A stretch of 32,000 nt of DNA, from NCBI GenBank assembly GCA_037444445.1, contig JBBIMK010000010.1, positions 1-32,000 on the forward strand, given 5' to 3'. Below, piece after piece: positions 23,837 through 32,000 of this stretch (the stretch's first letter is position 1; each line of letters opens with the position of its first letter). This DNA comes from a bacterium. Lineage in GTDB: Bacteria > UBP7 > UBA6624 > JBBIMK01. The notes below the pieces were generated by a model that ran no database searches, was not told where the DNA came from, and saw only the letters and a program-made list of their open reading frames with translations. Position numbers and translations under genes: made by a program.

Positions 23837-24829
23837 GTGAAAAAATTGCACTCCTGGAGATGGACACTGATTGCACTTCTGTTCTTCCTGAGTTGTAATC
23901 CCCCTCTGCCCCATGACCGAGCCTGGGTGTATTTAATCAATAATAACCCGGATGAAGTGCTGGTGGTGGACCCCACATCCGGAAAGGTGCGAGATAGATT
24001 TCTTGCCGGCGATTTATTGAGCAATATTGCAGTTCTCCCCGATGGGAAGACGGCTTTCATTACTTCTCTTATCTCCGCTCGCATTGCAGTAGTAGATTTA
24101 GACCGGGCGAGGGTAATGAAAAACCTGTCAGTTCCAGGTTTTCCCTCCAGGGTTGTTCCACATCCACACAAGCCCAGGATTTATCTAATCGTCGGGCGAG
24201 AAAAGGACATCACCACTAATGAAATCAGCATTATGGATGTGAATACAAGGGAAATTGTGAAACGGGTTGGCGTAAAATATCTGTTGACAGAACTTTATCT
24301 TACACCCGACGGCAGATGGCTGTATGCCTTCAGTGCCATGGGCACCACGATGTTTTGCATGGACACGGAGAAGGAAGAATTGGTCCCCGAGCGGCAGATA
24401 GAGCTGGCAAATTCCCCCAGCGCCGCTACCATCTCACCCGATTCCAGGTATTTTCTTTTCACCTTTAACCTCACCGATGTATTGGAAATCATAGATGCGG
24501 ACACCAAAAAACGGGTTGCCGCTTTAACGGTGGGGGACAACCCGAGTTTTGTGGCAACAAGCCGGGATGGAAAATATGCCTATGTCAGCGACCTGCGAAC
24601 CCGGGATGTATATATCGTGGATTTATCCAGTTACACACTGGTGGGGAAAATTCGGTTTGATTTAACCCCTGCTCTCATCCGGGCTGGGACGAAATATCTC
24701 TATGTAACGGGCGGGAGCCAGGAGGGCTGGCTGTTTATCGCCGACCCGGTATCCCGTCAGCAAATCCGAAAAGTTCCCCTCCAATCTGTGCCTGTGGACA
24801 TGATACTCCGATTCCCGGAAAAGGGATGA
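23837..24829 (+). CDS. YVTN-family (YncE-like) beta-propeller repeat lipoprotein
   Basis: 330 aa with a GTG start. Signal plus lipobox-like LFFLSC. Repeats of the type VLPDGKTAFITS, LTPDGRWLYAFS, ISPDSRYFLFT, TSRDGKYAYVSD. Confidence 0.75.
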   Translation: MKKLHSWRWTLIALLFFLSCNPPLPHDRAWVYLINNNPDEVLVVDPTSGKVRDRFLAGDLLSNIAVLPDGKTAFITSLISARIAVVDLDRARVMKNLSVPGFPSRVVPHPHKPRIYLIVGREKDITTNEISIMDVNTREIVKRVGVKYLLTELYLTPDGRWLYAFSAMGTTMFCMDTEKEELVPERQIELANSPSAATISPDSRYFLFTFNLTDVLEIIDADTKKRVAALTVGDNPSFVATSRDGKYAYVSDLRTRDVYIVDLSSYTLVGKIRFDLTPALIRAGTKYLYVTGGSQEGWLFIADPVSRQQIRKVPLQSVPVDMILRFPEKG

Positions 24830-24843
24830 TTCCCTCATTTTTT
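24823..24843 (+). terminator. Short hairpin plus T-run after the YVTN gene
   Basis: GGGA-TGAT-TCCC followed by TCATTTTTT (to 24843). The stem is only 4-5 bp. Confidence 0.3.
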
Positions 24844-24958
24844 ACGCTCCTTCCATTGTGTTTTGAATTCACGAAAAAATGCCCATTTTTTAGGGCAGGT
24901 TAGCGGGTGGGGAGGCTTCCCTTTTTGTGCAGTGGTTAGAAAAATTTTGGGGGCAGAT

Positions 24959-24987
24959 TTGACTTTTACAGAAGTTGTGATTAAAAT
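24959..24987 (+). promoter_or_regulatory. Candidate sigma70 promoter of the small beta-barrel gene
   Basis: TTGACT (24959-24964), 17-nt spacer, TAAAAT (24982-24987). GGGGGTGG Shine-Dalgarno before the ATG at 25022. Confidence 0.5.
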
Positions 24988-25021
24988 TGCAGAATTGATA
25001 AATATAAGGGGGTGGTTAGGA

Positions 25022-25738
25022 ATGAAGAAATTTCTTTGTATTGTGGGAGCGGGGGCATTTTTCCTGAGCGTCCTGACCCCGGGTATCGCCTCCGCAGGGG
25101 AGATTTTGGGTCCCTTCGGAAATGGCTACTGGAATACGCCGGTGGCATGGAATGCTTCTTCCGGCGTCCATGTTTCCGGCTTCTCCTGGTTCGGCTCTGA
25201 TGCAATGGATGGATGGGGCGGCATCTTTGACTACTCCTCCGGCGCCTTTGAGTTAGCAGGTTTTGGCCAATCCTTCACGGATACGGATGTGAATTCTTTT
25301 GGAGGCACTCTCCGCTATACCGCCTTTACTTTCCCCGCCGGTATGAAGGTGACGCTACTGGGACAAGCGTCTTCTCTTTCCGATACAAATGTGGATGTCA
25401 CAGGCTGGCAGGCGGGGGCCGTAGTGGGTCAGCAATTGCCTGCTGGCGTTTCTTACTCCATTTATGCCGGCTTCGTCCAAACGAAAGTGGATTCGGATAA
25501 GGAGAACGACACCGCAGCAGGGGTTAACTTTTCTGTGGGAATCTCTCCCCAGACCTCCTTTTTCGCAGAAGCCCACCGACTCTTTGATGCGGAGGAAACC
25601 GATTGGTCTGCTGGCATCATTTACAGTTTACCGGCGGGATTGAAAGTGGCGGGAGGTGTCACCGGGTTTTCTAACGGGGACTCCGACACCGCTGGCTTCG
25701 TTTCTTTAGTTTACTCCTTTGGGGTTGGGGGCGGGTAA
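25022..25738 (+). CDS. Putative small outer-membrane beta-barrel protein
   Basis: Internal ATG at 25022 gives MKKFLCIVGAGAFFLSVLTPGIASA. Gly/aromatic-rich alternating strands; ends ...VSLVYSFGVGGG. The ORF-track start (24863) lies upstream of the promoter. Confidence 0.55.
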   Translation: MKKFLCIVGAGAFFLSVLTPGIASAGEILGPFGNGYWNTPVAWNASSGVHVSGFSWFGSDAMDGWGGIFDYSSGAFELAGFGQSFTDTDVNSFGGTLRYTAFTFPAGMKVTLLGQASSLSDTNVDVTGWQAGAVVGQQLPAGVSYSIYAGFVQTKVDSDKENDTAAGVNFSVGISPQTSFFAEAHRLFDAEETDWSAGIIYSLPAGLKVAGGVTGFSNGDSDTAGFVSLVYSFGVGGG

Positions 25739-25795
25739 AGGGTTCGCCTGGAACTCCGGGGAAACCATTCGGCACACCTGTAGAGGTAAAGCGGG

Positions 25796-27778
25796 TCAGG
25801 GAGAATTGACGGGAGTGGCCCAATAAGATTTATTTCCGGCGTAATCCCGGGCTTCAACTTTCCATTCGCCACCGGATAAGGTAGAGGGAACCTCCAGCCA
25901 GGCCCAGCCCCGGTCTTCATCATATTCACTCTCTATTTTCTGACCGTTCCACCATACTTTTACGCTATCGGGGTTCACCCCGGACCCCGCATCCCGGATG
26001 GGAAGCACCCATCGTTGACGGGTGGGGGAGAGAGAAATCCACTGGGGGGAGGAAATCACCGGCGGGAGTTCATCCCGCAGGAGTGCGAGGGGCTGGAAAA
26101 AATCTATCCTTGCCTTCACCTCCTTTCCATCCACCGTGGAAAGGAGGTAGCGCCAACGCATTCGGAAGGGGTCCCAGGAATAAATCCCCGCCTGCCGGTT
26201 CACCCTCTCATCCCTTATTACAAGGGTGGCAGGTTTCAATAACGGCTCCCCCTCAGGTTCAAGCCGGAAGGGGGGCAAGAGGAAGGGCAAGTTCTTCTCC
26301 TCTGGATATTCCGCCGGGGAAGAGGGAACCAGAAAAACCAGCAGGTCACGCAGGAATCCCCCTTTCGGCACCTGCAGGGTAATGGCATTCCAGATGCCGG
26401 TGAAATCCTTCTTCGGGGAAGCAGGAAAGGCAGTGAGATTTTGCTGGTGGATGACGGTGCGCCCCGAGGAGGAGCGATAGGTGGCCGTAACGGTGTAAAG
26501 CCCATCCCCCTGAAAGGGAAAGAGCACGGTGAGCCCCCCGGCAGGAAAAAGCGAAAAAACCTTCTTCCGGTGAAACCCTTGATGATATAAATCCAGTTCC
26601 ACGAATTCAGTATCCCTTCCCGCATTGGTGAAAACCCGCAGGCTCTCCGGGGTGGTGGAGAAACGGGGAAGGAGAAGGCCTGAAGTGGGTGTCCCCACAG
26701 GTAAAGAAGAGGGGGCTTCTTCCTCCGCAAAATTGCCGAAAGCACCCTCAGGGGTGGAATCTTGCCTGTAGTGGAGTGGAATCTCGGTGGTCGTAAGATT
26801 GGAGGAAGCATCCTCCACAGTGATTTTCAAAAGATAATCGTCAGGCTTTGGGAGTTGGAGGAATCTGTCCTCGCAGGGCAGTCCAGTTTCTCTCAAGGCG
26901 TAGAGACGATAGGTGAAGAAGGTGGGTCCAATGTGGCTTCGGAGGGGCTGGAAAACCTCATACACAGAGGTGTCGGGGGATGAGGTTGTGTTCCTGATAT
27001 TCCAGTGGAAGCAGAAAACGGGGTTGCCTCTGGAGGAGTGCACCTCTGCATAGATGGAGGTGAGCCCCAGTCGGCTCAGCCCATTTCCGGGGTCATACCC
27101 TGTGAGTTCCAGTTGCACCGGCCCCTGAAGAGTCAGGAAGGGCACCGAGAGTGGAGTGTTATCTCTGGGAGCCAGGGGGAGGGTGAAAGGAGCCTGGGAA
27201 CCATTCACCTTTGAGGGAGAGGAGAGAGGGATGAAGGTAAGGAACTCCAGGATAGGAGGCTGAGAATCCTGGAAGGGGAAGCCGATGGTCAGGGGGTCCA
27301 GGGGGGTTCCCCAGCCTCGCCGAATCTCAAAGTGCAGGTGGGGGAGCCCCGCCCCAGTTTCCCCCGAATAGCCTATGACCTCACCCTCCTGGACGGGTAT
27401 TTCATCTGCCTCCGGAAGGGTTATGTCAAAATAGCGTGGTGGATTTGCCTTCTGGAGGAGGCTCAGGATTTTTGGGCTGAAGGAATCCAGATGGGCATAC
27501 AGAGTGAAGTACCCGCCGGGGTGGCGAAGAAAGAGGGCTTTTCCGTATCCCCGCCGGGCGCTCTGGAGGCGCACCACCCACCCATCCCGAAAAGCCACCA
27601 CGGGGAAGCCCGTTTGCCCCCCTGTACCAATATCTATGCCCCGGTGGAGATGGCCAGGGCGAAACTCCCCGAAAGAAGCGGTCAGAACCCCTGGAAAATC
27701 GGGTAGAGGCCAGGAGCCTGTAAAACCCGAAGTAAAGAGGAGGGGAAGAAGAAACAGGAGGAGACTACTTCGTCTCAT
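25796..27778 (-). CDS. M23 (LytM-type) zinc metallopeptidase with a ~490-aa C-terminal extension
   Basis: 660 aa with signal peptide MRRSSLLLFLLPLLFTSG. M23 motifs GHLHRGIDIGT (HxxxD) and GETGAGLPHLHFEI (HxH) within the first ~170 aa. I cannot assign the rest to a family. Confidence 0.85.
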   Translation of the reverse strand: MRRSSLLLFLLPLLFTSGFTGSWPLPDFPGVLTASFGEFRPGHLHRGIDIGTGGQTGFPVVAFRDGWVVRLQSARRGYGKALFLRHPGGYFTLYAHLDSFSPKILSLLQKANPPRYFDITLPEADEIPVQEGEVIGYSGETGAGLPHLHFEIRRGWGTPLDPLTIGFPFQDSQPPILEFLTFIPLSSPSKVNGSQAPFTLPLAPRDNTPLSVPFLTLQGPVQLELTGYDPGNGLSRLGLTSIYAEVHSSRGNPVFCFHWNIRNTTSSPDTSVYEVFQPLRSHIGPTFFTYRLYALRETGLPCEDRFLQLPKPDDYLLKITVEDASSNLTTTEIPLHYRQDSTPEGAFGNFAEEEAPSSLPVGTPTSGLLLPRFSTTPESLRVFTNAGRDTEFVELDLYHQGFHRKKVFSLFPAGGLTVLFPFQGDGLYTVTATYRSSSGRTVIHQQNLTAFPASPKKDFTGIWNAITLQVPKGGFLRDLLVFLVPSSPAEYPEEKNLPFLLPPFRLEPEGEPLLKPATLVIRDERVNRQAGIYSWDPFRMRWRYLLSTVDGKEVKARIDFFQPLALLRDELPPVISSPQWISLSPTRQRWVLPIRDAGSGVNPDSVKVWWNGQKIESEYDEDRGWAWLEVPSTLSGGEWKVEARDYAGNKSYWATPVNSP

Positions 27779-28634
27779 TCGCCTTCAGGAGTAGACGCAT
27801 ATTTTCGCGAATCAGGTCTATCAGTCTGGCTTCGGGGCTGATTTCCTCTGGAAACAGGTAAAGTTTCAGTGGATGGGCGCCGGTTTCCCGGGCTAACTTC
27901 TGCACCGCCTTTTCATCATCGTAGGCGGCGTAAACCAGTATGACAGGAAAATCTGCCGCCTGAATCTCACGGCGTGCTTTGTCCACCGCTATCTCGGAGA
28001 CGGCTTCCGATGGGGAATTTACCACTGAACCCGAATATTTAAAGTTCATTCGCATCACAAAGTAGGTAAAAACAGGGGAAAACAGATAGACCTCTTTCTG
28101 AGATTTCCAGGTTGGTTTCAAAAGAATGGATTCCGTCAGTTCGTTGAGTTCGGTCTTTAAGCGGTCCGCCTCCCGGAATACGGATTCGGCTTCGGATTCC
28201 CCCAGAAGTTTCGCTACGGGTATAGCGAAATTATCAATAAAATCCTGGGCGTTCATCGGGTCTACCCACACATAGGGGGGGCCAAAATTTCCTTTGACAT
28301 CCGACACAGTCATCACCTGCGCCGAGGGCCGAACCTGTCGGAAGAGAGAAAACATCCCACTATCCACCGGAGAGCCTATGGCGAAGATGATGGTTGCACT
28401 TTTCAGCCGTTTTTGCAGGGTTTCCCGCGACACCAGTGCAGAGAATGGATTTTCACCCGGAGCGTAAAGGCTTTCCACCTCCACGAACTGCCCTGCAATT
28501 TCTTTCACGAGGGAGGCCATAAAGGGAAGGGTGGTCACCACCCGGGGCTTTCCGTGCTGTTGACAGGTAGAAACCAGCAGGAGGAGTAACCCCCAAAAAC
28601 TTGCCCTTTTACAGAGCAGAGCAGGTTTGCTCAT
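27765..28634 (-). CDS. ZnuA/TroA-like (cluster A-I) periplasmic binding protein homologue, apparently lacking the canonical metal ligands
   Basis: 289 aa. Overall ZnuA/TroA layout (VVTTLPFMASLVKEIAGQFVEVESLYAPGENPF..., PPYVWVDPMNA, long linker helix, LARETGAHPLKLYLF). Its end overlaps the M23 gene start by 14 nt. No ABC permease or ATPase gene is adjacent. Confidence 0.6.
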   Translation of the reverse strand: MSKPALLCKRASFWGLLLLLVSTCQQHGKPRVVTTLPFMASLVKEIAGQFVEVESLYAPGENPFSALVSRETLQKRLKSATIIFAIGSPVDSGMFSLFRQVRPSAQVMTVSDVKGNFGPPYVWVDPMNAQDFIDNFAIPVAKLLGESEAESVFREADRLKTELNELTESILLKPTWKSQKEVYLFSPVFTYFVMRMNFKYSGSVVNSPSEAVSEIAVDKARREIQAADFPVILVYAAYDDEKAVQKLARETGAHPLKLYLFPEEISPEARLIDLIRENMRLLLKANETK

Positions 28635-28674
28635 ATTGAAAATCCATGTATACTATCTCAAAAAGGAGGGGGGC

Positions 28675-28702
28675 TTGTCAAATCTTTTTAGGGTAGTATA
28701 AT
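28675..28702 (+). promoter_or_regulatory. Candidate sigma70 promoter of the PQQ-like propeller gene
   Basis: TTGTCA (28675-28680), 16-nt spacer, TATAAT (28697-28702). GGGAGGTG Shine-Dalgarno at 28716-28723 before the ATG at 28729. Confidence 0.6.
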
Positions 28703-28728
28703 ATACTTGGACGATGGGAGGTGTAACA

Positions 28729-31700
28729 ATGAAAAAGTATGTGGGAATAATAGTGGTGGGGGCATTTCTTTACGCCTGTGGCGGGGGTTCTTCATCACCG
28801 CCGGGTTCCGTCAGCAATCCGGGTCAGGGAAACGGGCAGGGGCAAGCGGCTTTCGTAACGACCCTTCAGGCTTCCACCGGTCAGGTGAATTCTGGTGAGA
28901 TACTTTTGCTAAAAGCCATCACTTCCGCATCGGCTCCCAATTTTGCCTGGAGTGCCACGGGCGGAACTATTCTCACCCAGCAGGACGGGTTAGTGGAAGG
29001 TAAGCCCACCAGTATTGCCTGGTGGCGAGCGCCCATCGGCCAGGGCATCGGTTCAGTCGTCACAGTGACCGTGACCTCGCCAGAAGGTATTGTGCCCGCT
29101 CAGTTGACCATCACGACCAATCCTCCGGGAACCCTCTTGAGCACCTGGCCAACCTTTCACAATGATTCTGAAAATAAGGGGTTATCTAATCCACAGACCC
29201 CGGTGCCTAATGCCCTTCAATTGCTGTGGAAGCAGCCTTTATTGGCGGGTTCTCGTTCCTCACCTGTGGCGATTTCAGATGGCATTGTTTATGTAGGGGA
29301 TGGGAATGGCGGGTTCTTTGCCTTTCAGGGAGATACCGGTAATCTTCTGTGGAGCGCCACTCTGGATGGGGAGGTTCCCACCTCGCCGGTTATGGCGGAT
29401 GGAAAGGTTTTCGTTGGCACCGTAGCCGGAACTCTTTATTCCTTTGACGCTTCCACCGGGGCCCAGCACTGGTCCTTCCAGGCTGGCGCTCCTCTGTTAT
29501 CCACTCCGGCTTACGCTCAGGGGGTGATTTTGGTTGCTGCACAAACGGGGATCATCTATGCTTTACGAGCGGAGAAAGAAATCCCTACTCGTGCGGATCG
29601 CATCTGGTGGCAGCGGCCTCTGCCGGGTGAGCATATTGTGGCTCCTCTGGCTATCAGTCTGCCGGAACCGGCTTTTGAGGACATCCGAAAAGCCGCCGTT
29701 TTCGTTTCCACCCTGGAAGGCAATCTTTACAGTTTTCGTCTCTCTGATGGCGCTATCCTCTGGAAGAAAGAACTTCAATCACCTCTCACTACGAAGCCTG
29801 TGGTATTTAACTGGGGCTCCCAGCGCCTCGTGGGGGTTTCAGGGGAGAATGGATATTTGTACCTCTTTGACACAGATACTTCCACTCCTTTCCAGGGCAG
29901 GTTTCCTTTCGTCCGGCTAACCTCTCCTGCCACCTCTGCCCTGGTTCATTCCGGTAATTCCCTCGTTTTTACTACTCGCGACAACCATCTCATCGGAATT
30001 GACTTGAACACCGGAGATGTAATTTTGAATATTGACCTCCTGACCACCCCTGCACTGCGCCTGCTTGGGAAGAATCTCCGATGCACTGCCACTCCTGCTG
30101 TAAAATCTACCGGAGCCATATTACCGAATATATTCTACACCTGTTTTGAAATAATACCCGGAGGAACCCTTCCAGACTTTAATGAATTTTTCACTATGCG
30201 GGGTGCCCTGTTGCAAGTGGGGTTGAATTCACTCCAGCAGCCAGATGTTCTGGCAGAATTTGATACCGGCTATTTCCAGGTTCCCTTCATTCCTTCAATC
30301 ACTCCGGATTCTGTGGTGACATCGCCCGCTATCCATGGCGGGAAAATTTATTTCGCAGGTCTGGATGGAGCCCTTTACGCTTTAGGCGTAGCCGCCAGTC
30401 CTCCTCCTACTCCCCTTTCCTGGGGTATGAAGAGATATAACACTTTGAATCAGGGATGGACAGGTCCGGGTAGTGGCCCGGGTCGCGGCCTACTTTCTCT
30501 CGTCTGGTCCTTTCCTATAGGTTCCCGGGTCACTGCTTCTCCCATCGTGGTTAATAACACCCTTTATATTGGCGCCTATGATGCCTCCCTTTACGCATTG
30601 CGCGCCCATGATGGGAATTTCCTGTGGAAGTTCACCACCGCTGAAAAAATCCTGTCTACCCCGGTCTTCCTCGGGAGTACTCTCCTTTTCTCCTCTAAAG
30701 ATGCGCAGATTTACGCACTAAATTTGGTGGACAATCGCGCAATGGGGAGCCCTGTTACCCTTTTTGATGGGTCTTTTACCGTCATCCTCCAACAGGTGGA
30801 TGAGAACGGGATTCCCACAGGTCCACCCCTAACCGAGCAGAGAAGCTCTGCGTTTACACCCTCGGATGACACGAAAACTATTCTCCTTTCCAGTTCTGGT
30901 TTTGTGGTAGGGAACCTTCTGTTTTACTTCCGCATGGTTGGCGATGTAACCGAGAGGATACTGGTTTTTCCAGACGGCACCAGAGATGAGAGTTTTGACT
31001 TTGCGGATGCCGGACCACAATTTAGCGTTTTTCCTATTCCATTCATTACTTACAATGAACCCTTTATTGACCTGGATTCCACCCTTCCTACTTCTTCCGT
31101 CGTGTACGACGCTGTGAATAGCCGTATTTATTTTGGTGGTCGCAGTAATTACAACCCTATTCAGGATAGCACCGAGCTCATACCTCAAATTTTCGCTTAT
31201 GAATCCACAACAACGGCCCCCACGCCCCCTGCGACGAAGCGAATCTGGGCGGCGCCGGTGTCCAACAGTGAGGGGTTCTTCCGTGGACCTCCCGCCTATT
31301 CCCCGCGGTACAATCTGGTTTTTGGAGCCACCGATGATGGCTACTTAGCGGTGGTGAACGCTACCACCGGTTCAATGCCTATCCCTCCACAGCAGATTTC
31401 CGGGGGTGTGCTGGGAGATGTGGCAGTGTATGAAAATCCGGATGGTAGCGGGGGGATCCTCTTCTTCGGTACCGAGAGCGGGGCATTACAGGCCTATAAT
31501 TTTAACTCCGATGGCTCTAATCTTACTCCGCGATGGAGCTTCCTGACGACGGATCCCATCTGGAGTTCACCAGCGGTGGACCCGGAGAATCTGGTCGTTT
31601 ACCTGGGAGGAAATGACAGCAATTTTTATGCTCTGGACCTCCTGACCGGGAATGAACTCTGGCGATTCCGGGGCACGGCTCGCTTTATTTCCTCCCCCAT

Positions 31701-31764
31701 TATCGCCGGAGGAAAAGTATTCATCGTGGATGAAGCGGGCACGGTTTACGCCTTTACCCGCTGA
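28729..31764 (+). CDS. Large PQQ-like (BamB-like) beta-propeller repeat lipoprotein
   Basis: 1011 aa from the ATG at 28729 (MKKYVGIIVVGAFLYAC, lipobox-like). At least 10 repeats of the G-x-LYA/F-hydrophobic...G...LW type (GTLYSFDASTGAQHW, GNLYSFRLSDGAILW, ASLYALRAHDGNFLW, SNFYALDLLTGNELW, GTVYAFT). Confidence 0.8.
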   Translation: MKKYVGIIVVGAFLYACGGGSSSPPGSVSNPGQGNGQGQAAFVTTLQASTGQVNSGEILLLKAITSASAPNFAWSATGGTILTQQDGLVEGKPTSIAWWRAPIGQGIGSVVTVTVTSPEGIVPAQLTITTNPPGTLLSTWPTFHNDSENKGLSNPQTPVPNALQLLWKQPLLAGSRSSPVAISDGIVYVGDGNGGFFAFQGDTGNLLWSATLDGEVPTSPVMADGKVFVGTVAGTLYSFDASTGAQHWSFQAGAPLLSTPAYAQGVILVAAQTGIIYALRAEKEIPTRADRIWWQRPLPGEHIVAPLAISLPEPAFEDIRKAAVFVSTLEGNLYSFRLSDGAILWKKELQSPLTTKPVVFNWGSQRLVGVSGENGYLYLFDTDTSTPFQGRFPFVRLTSPATSALVHSGNSLVFTTRDNHLIGIDLNTGDVILNIDLLTTPALRLLGKNLRCTATPAVKSTGAILPNIFYTCFEIIPGGTLPDFNEFFTMRGALLQVGLNSLQQPDVLAEFDTGYFQVPFIPSITPDSVVTSPAIHGGKIYFAGLDGALYALGVAASPPPTPLSWGMKRYNTLNQGWTGPGSGPGRGLLSLVWSFPIGSRVTASPIVVNNTLYIGAYDASLYALRAHDGNFLWKFTTAEKILSTPVFLGSTLLFSSKDAQIYALNLVDNRAMGSPVTLFDGSFTVILQQVDENGIPTGPPLTEQRSSAFTPSDDTKTILLSSSGFVVGNLLFYFRMVGDVTERILVFPDGTRDESFDFADAGPQFSVFPIPFITYNEPFIDLDSTLPTSSVVYDAVNSRIYFGGRSNYNPIQDSTELIPQIFAYESTTTAPTPPATKRIWAAPVSNSEGFFRGPPAYSPRYNLVFGATDDGYLAVVNATTGSMPIPPQQISGGVLGDVAVYENPDGSGGILFFGTESGALQAYNFNSDGSNLTPRWSFLTTDPIWSSPAVDPENLVVYLGGNDSNFYALDLLTGNELWRFRGTARFISSPIIAGGKVFIVDEAGTVYAFTR

Positions 31765-31781
31765 AGATTATTCAAGCGTGC

Positions 31782-32000
31782 ATGAATTCTCCTACTTTCG
31801 GGTGTAGAAGAGCGATTTCTTTTTGGGTTGTCCTGGGTTTGACGGTCGTGAGCGTGGGTGCGGCGGCTCCTCGCACCCGCACACTGGAAGTAGGTGCCCC
31901 TTTTCCGCCTTTTAATGCGGTGGATTACACCTGGCAATACTACTCCCTGAAAAATGATTTCCTGGGTTCTCCTTTCTTGATTTATGTGTTTGACCCCTTA
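31782..32000 (+). CDS. Thiol-disulfide oxidoreductase / redoxin-like protein, N-terminal fragment (runs off the window)
   Basis: ATG at 31782, open to the window end (73 codons). TM/signal AISFWVVLGLTVVSVGAAAP, then LEVGAPFPPFNAVDY...YSLKNDFLGSPFLIYVF, the usual lead-in to a TlpA/AhpC-type CxxC, which would lie beyond 32000. Confidence 0.4.
   Translation, partial: MNSPTFGCRRAISFWVVLGLTVVSVGAAAPRTRTLEVGAPFPPFNAVDYTWQYYSLKNDFLGSPFLIYVFDPL

Noticed and set aside
23021-23914. Minus-strand ORFs of 204, 138, 85 and 81 aa across tadA and tRNA-Ser(CGA)
   Set aside because: They are antisense to tadA and tRNA genes, Pro/Arg/Ser-rich, and have no family resemblance.
26236-26811. 191-aa minus-strand ORF and several plus-strand ORFs within 26015-27794
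   Set aside because: They are alternative frames of the M23 peptidase gene. Their composition is typical of out-of-frame translation.
28650-28681. Divergent promoter for the ZnuA-like/M23 operon sharing the palindromic TTGTCAA -35 with the PQQ-gene promoter
   Set aside because: On the minus strand, TTGACA (28681-28676) and the best -10 (TAGTAT, 28655-28650) are 20 nt apart. That is outside the usual 16-19 nt window. I kept it only as a note, because overlapping face-to-face -35 elements would be interesting if a transcription start is mapped there.
1-32000. CRISPR arrays, tandem repeats, IS elements, toxin-antitoxin pairs or defence-system genes
   Set aside because: Reading both strands, I found no regularly spaced direct repeats, no transposase/integrase/RT/nuclease-helicase style ORFs and no long inverted terminal repeats. 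I cannot exclude short dispersed repeats without a computational self-comparison (dot plot).

Overview
This is a gene-dense 32-kb chromosomal window. Hand counts of sampled 60-nt lines give roughly 50-60% G+C, dropping to about 35-48% between ~13.1 and ~17.4 kb. The content is mostly housekeeping and cell-envelope genes. The organism looks like a thermophilic bacterium with an outer membrane, but I cannot assign a taxon from sequence alone.

Gene order:
- A compact branched-chain polyamine operon (bpsA-speH-speE-speB).
- A universal stress protein.
- A secreted fusion of a degenerate metallophosphatase domain with a tetrahaem cytochrome c (minus strand).
- rpoD, followed after 16 nt by a large Cys-rich prepilin-type protein, then efp, coaX and a conserved protein of unknown function.
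- lysS, whose conserved N-terminus has no canonical start codon.
- A porin-like beta-barrel protein.
- A lower-G+C stretch holding an Asp-box/DUF4185-like secreted protein, a multiply frameshifted S8-peptidase/WD40-like pseudogene and a GT4 glycosyltransferase.
- ilvC and a short LeuA-family synthase.
- A class A PBP, tRNA-Leu and an S1-domain protein (all minus strand).
- A tRNA-Ser/Arg/Arg cluster with tadA embedded in it, plus a further tRNA-Ser.
- An envelope cluster: a YVTN lipoprotein, a small beta-barrel, a long M23 peptidase overlapping a ZnuA/TroA-like binding protein that seems to lack the metal-binding His residues, a 1011-aa PQQ-like propeller lipoprotein, and the start of a redoxin.

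I saw no CRISPR array, transposase, integrase, phage gene or recognisable defence gene. I did not find an unambiguous novel multi-gene system. The best leads are:
- the ZnuA-like/M23 pair and the surrounding envelope cluster;
- tadA sitting inside a tRNA operon next to its substrate tRNA-Arg(ACG);
- the pseudo-phosphatase/tetrahaem cytochrome fusion;
- the orphan giant pilin-like gene wedged between rpoD and efp;
- the apparent non-AUG start of lysS;
- the low-G+C stretch with a decaying protease/propeller gene.

All family calls come from motif recognition by eye. No searches were run.
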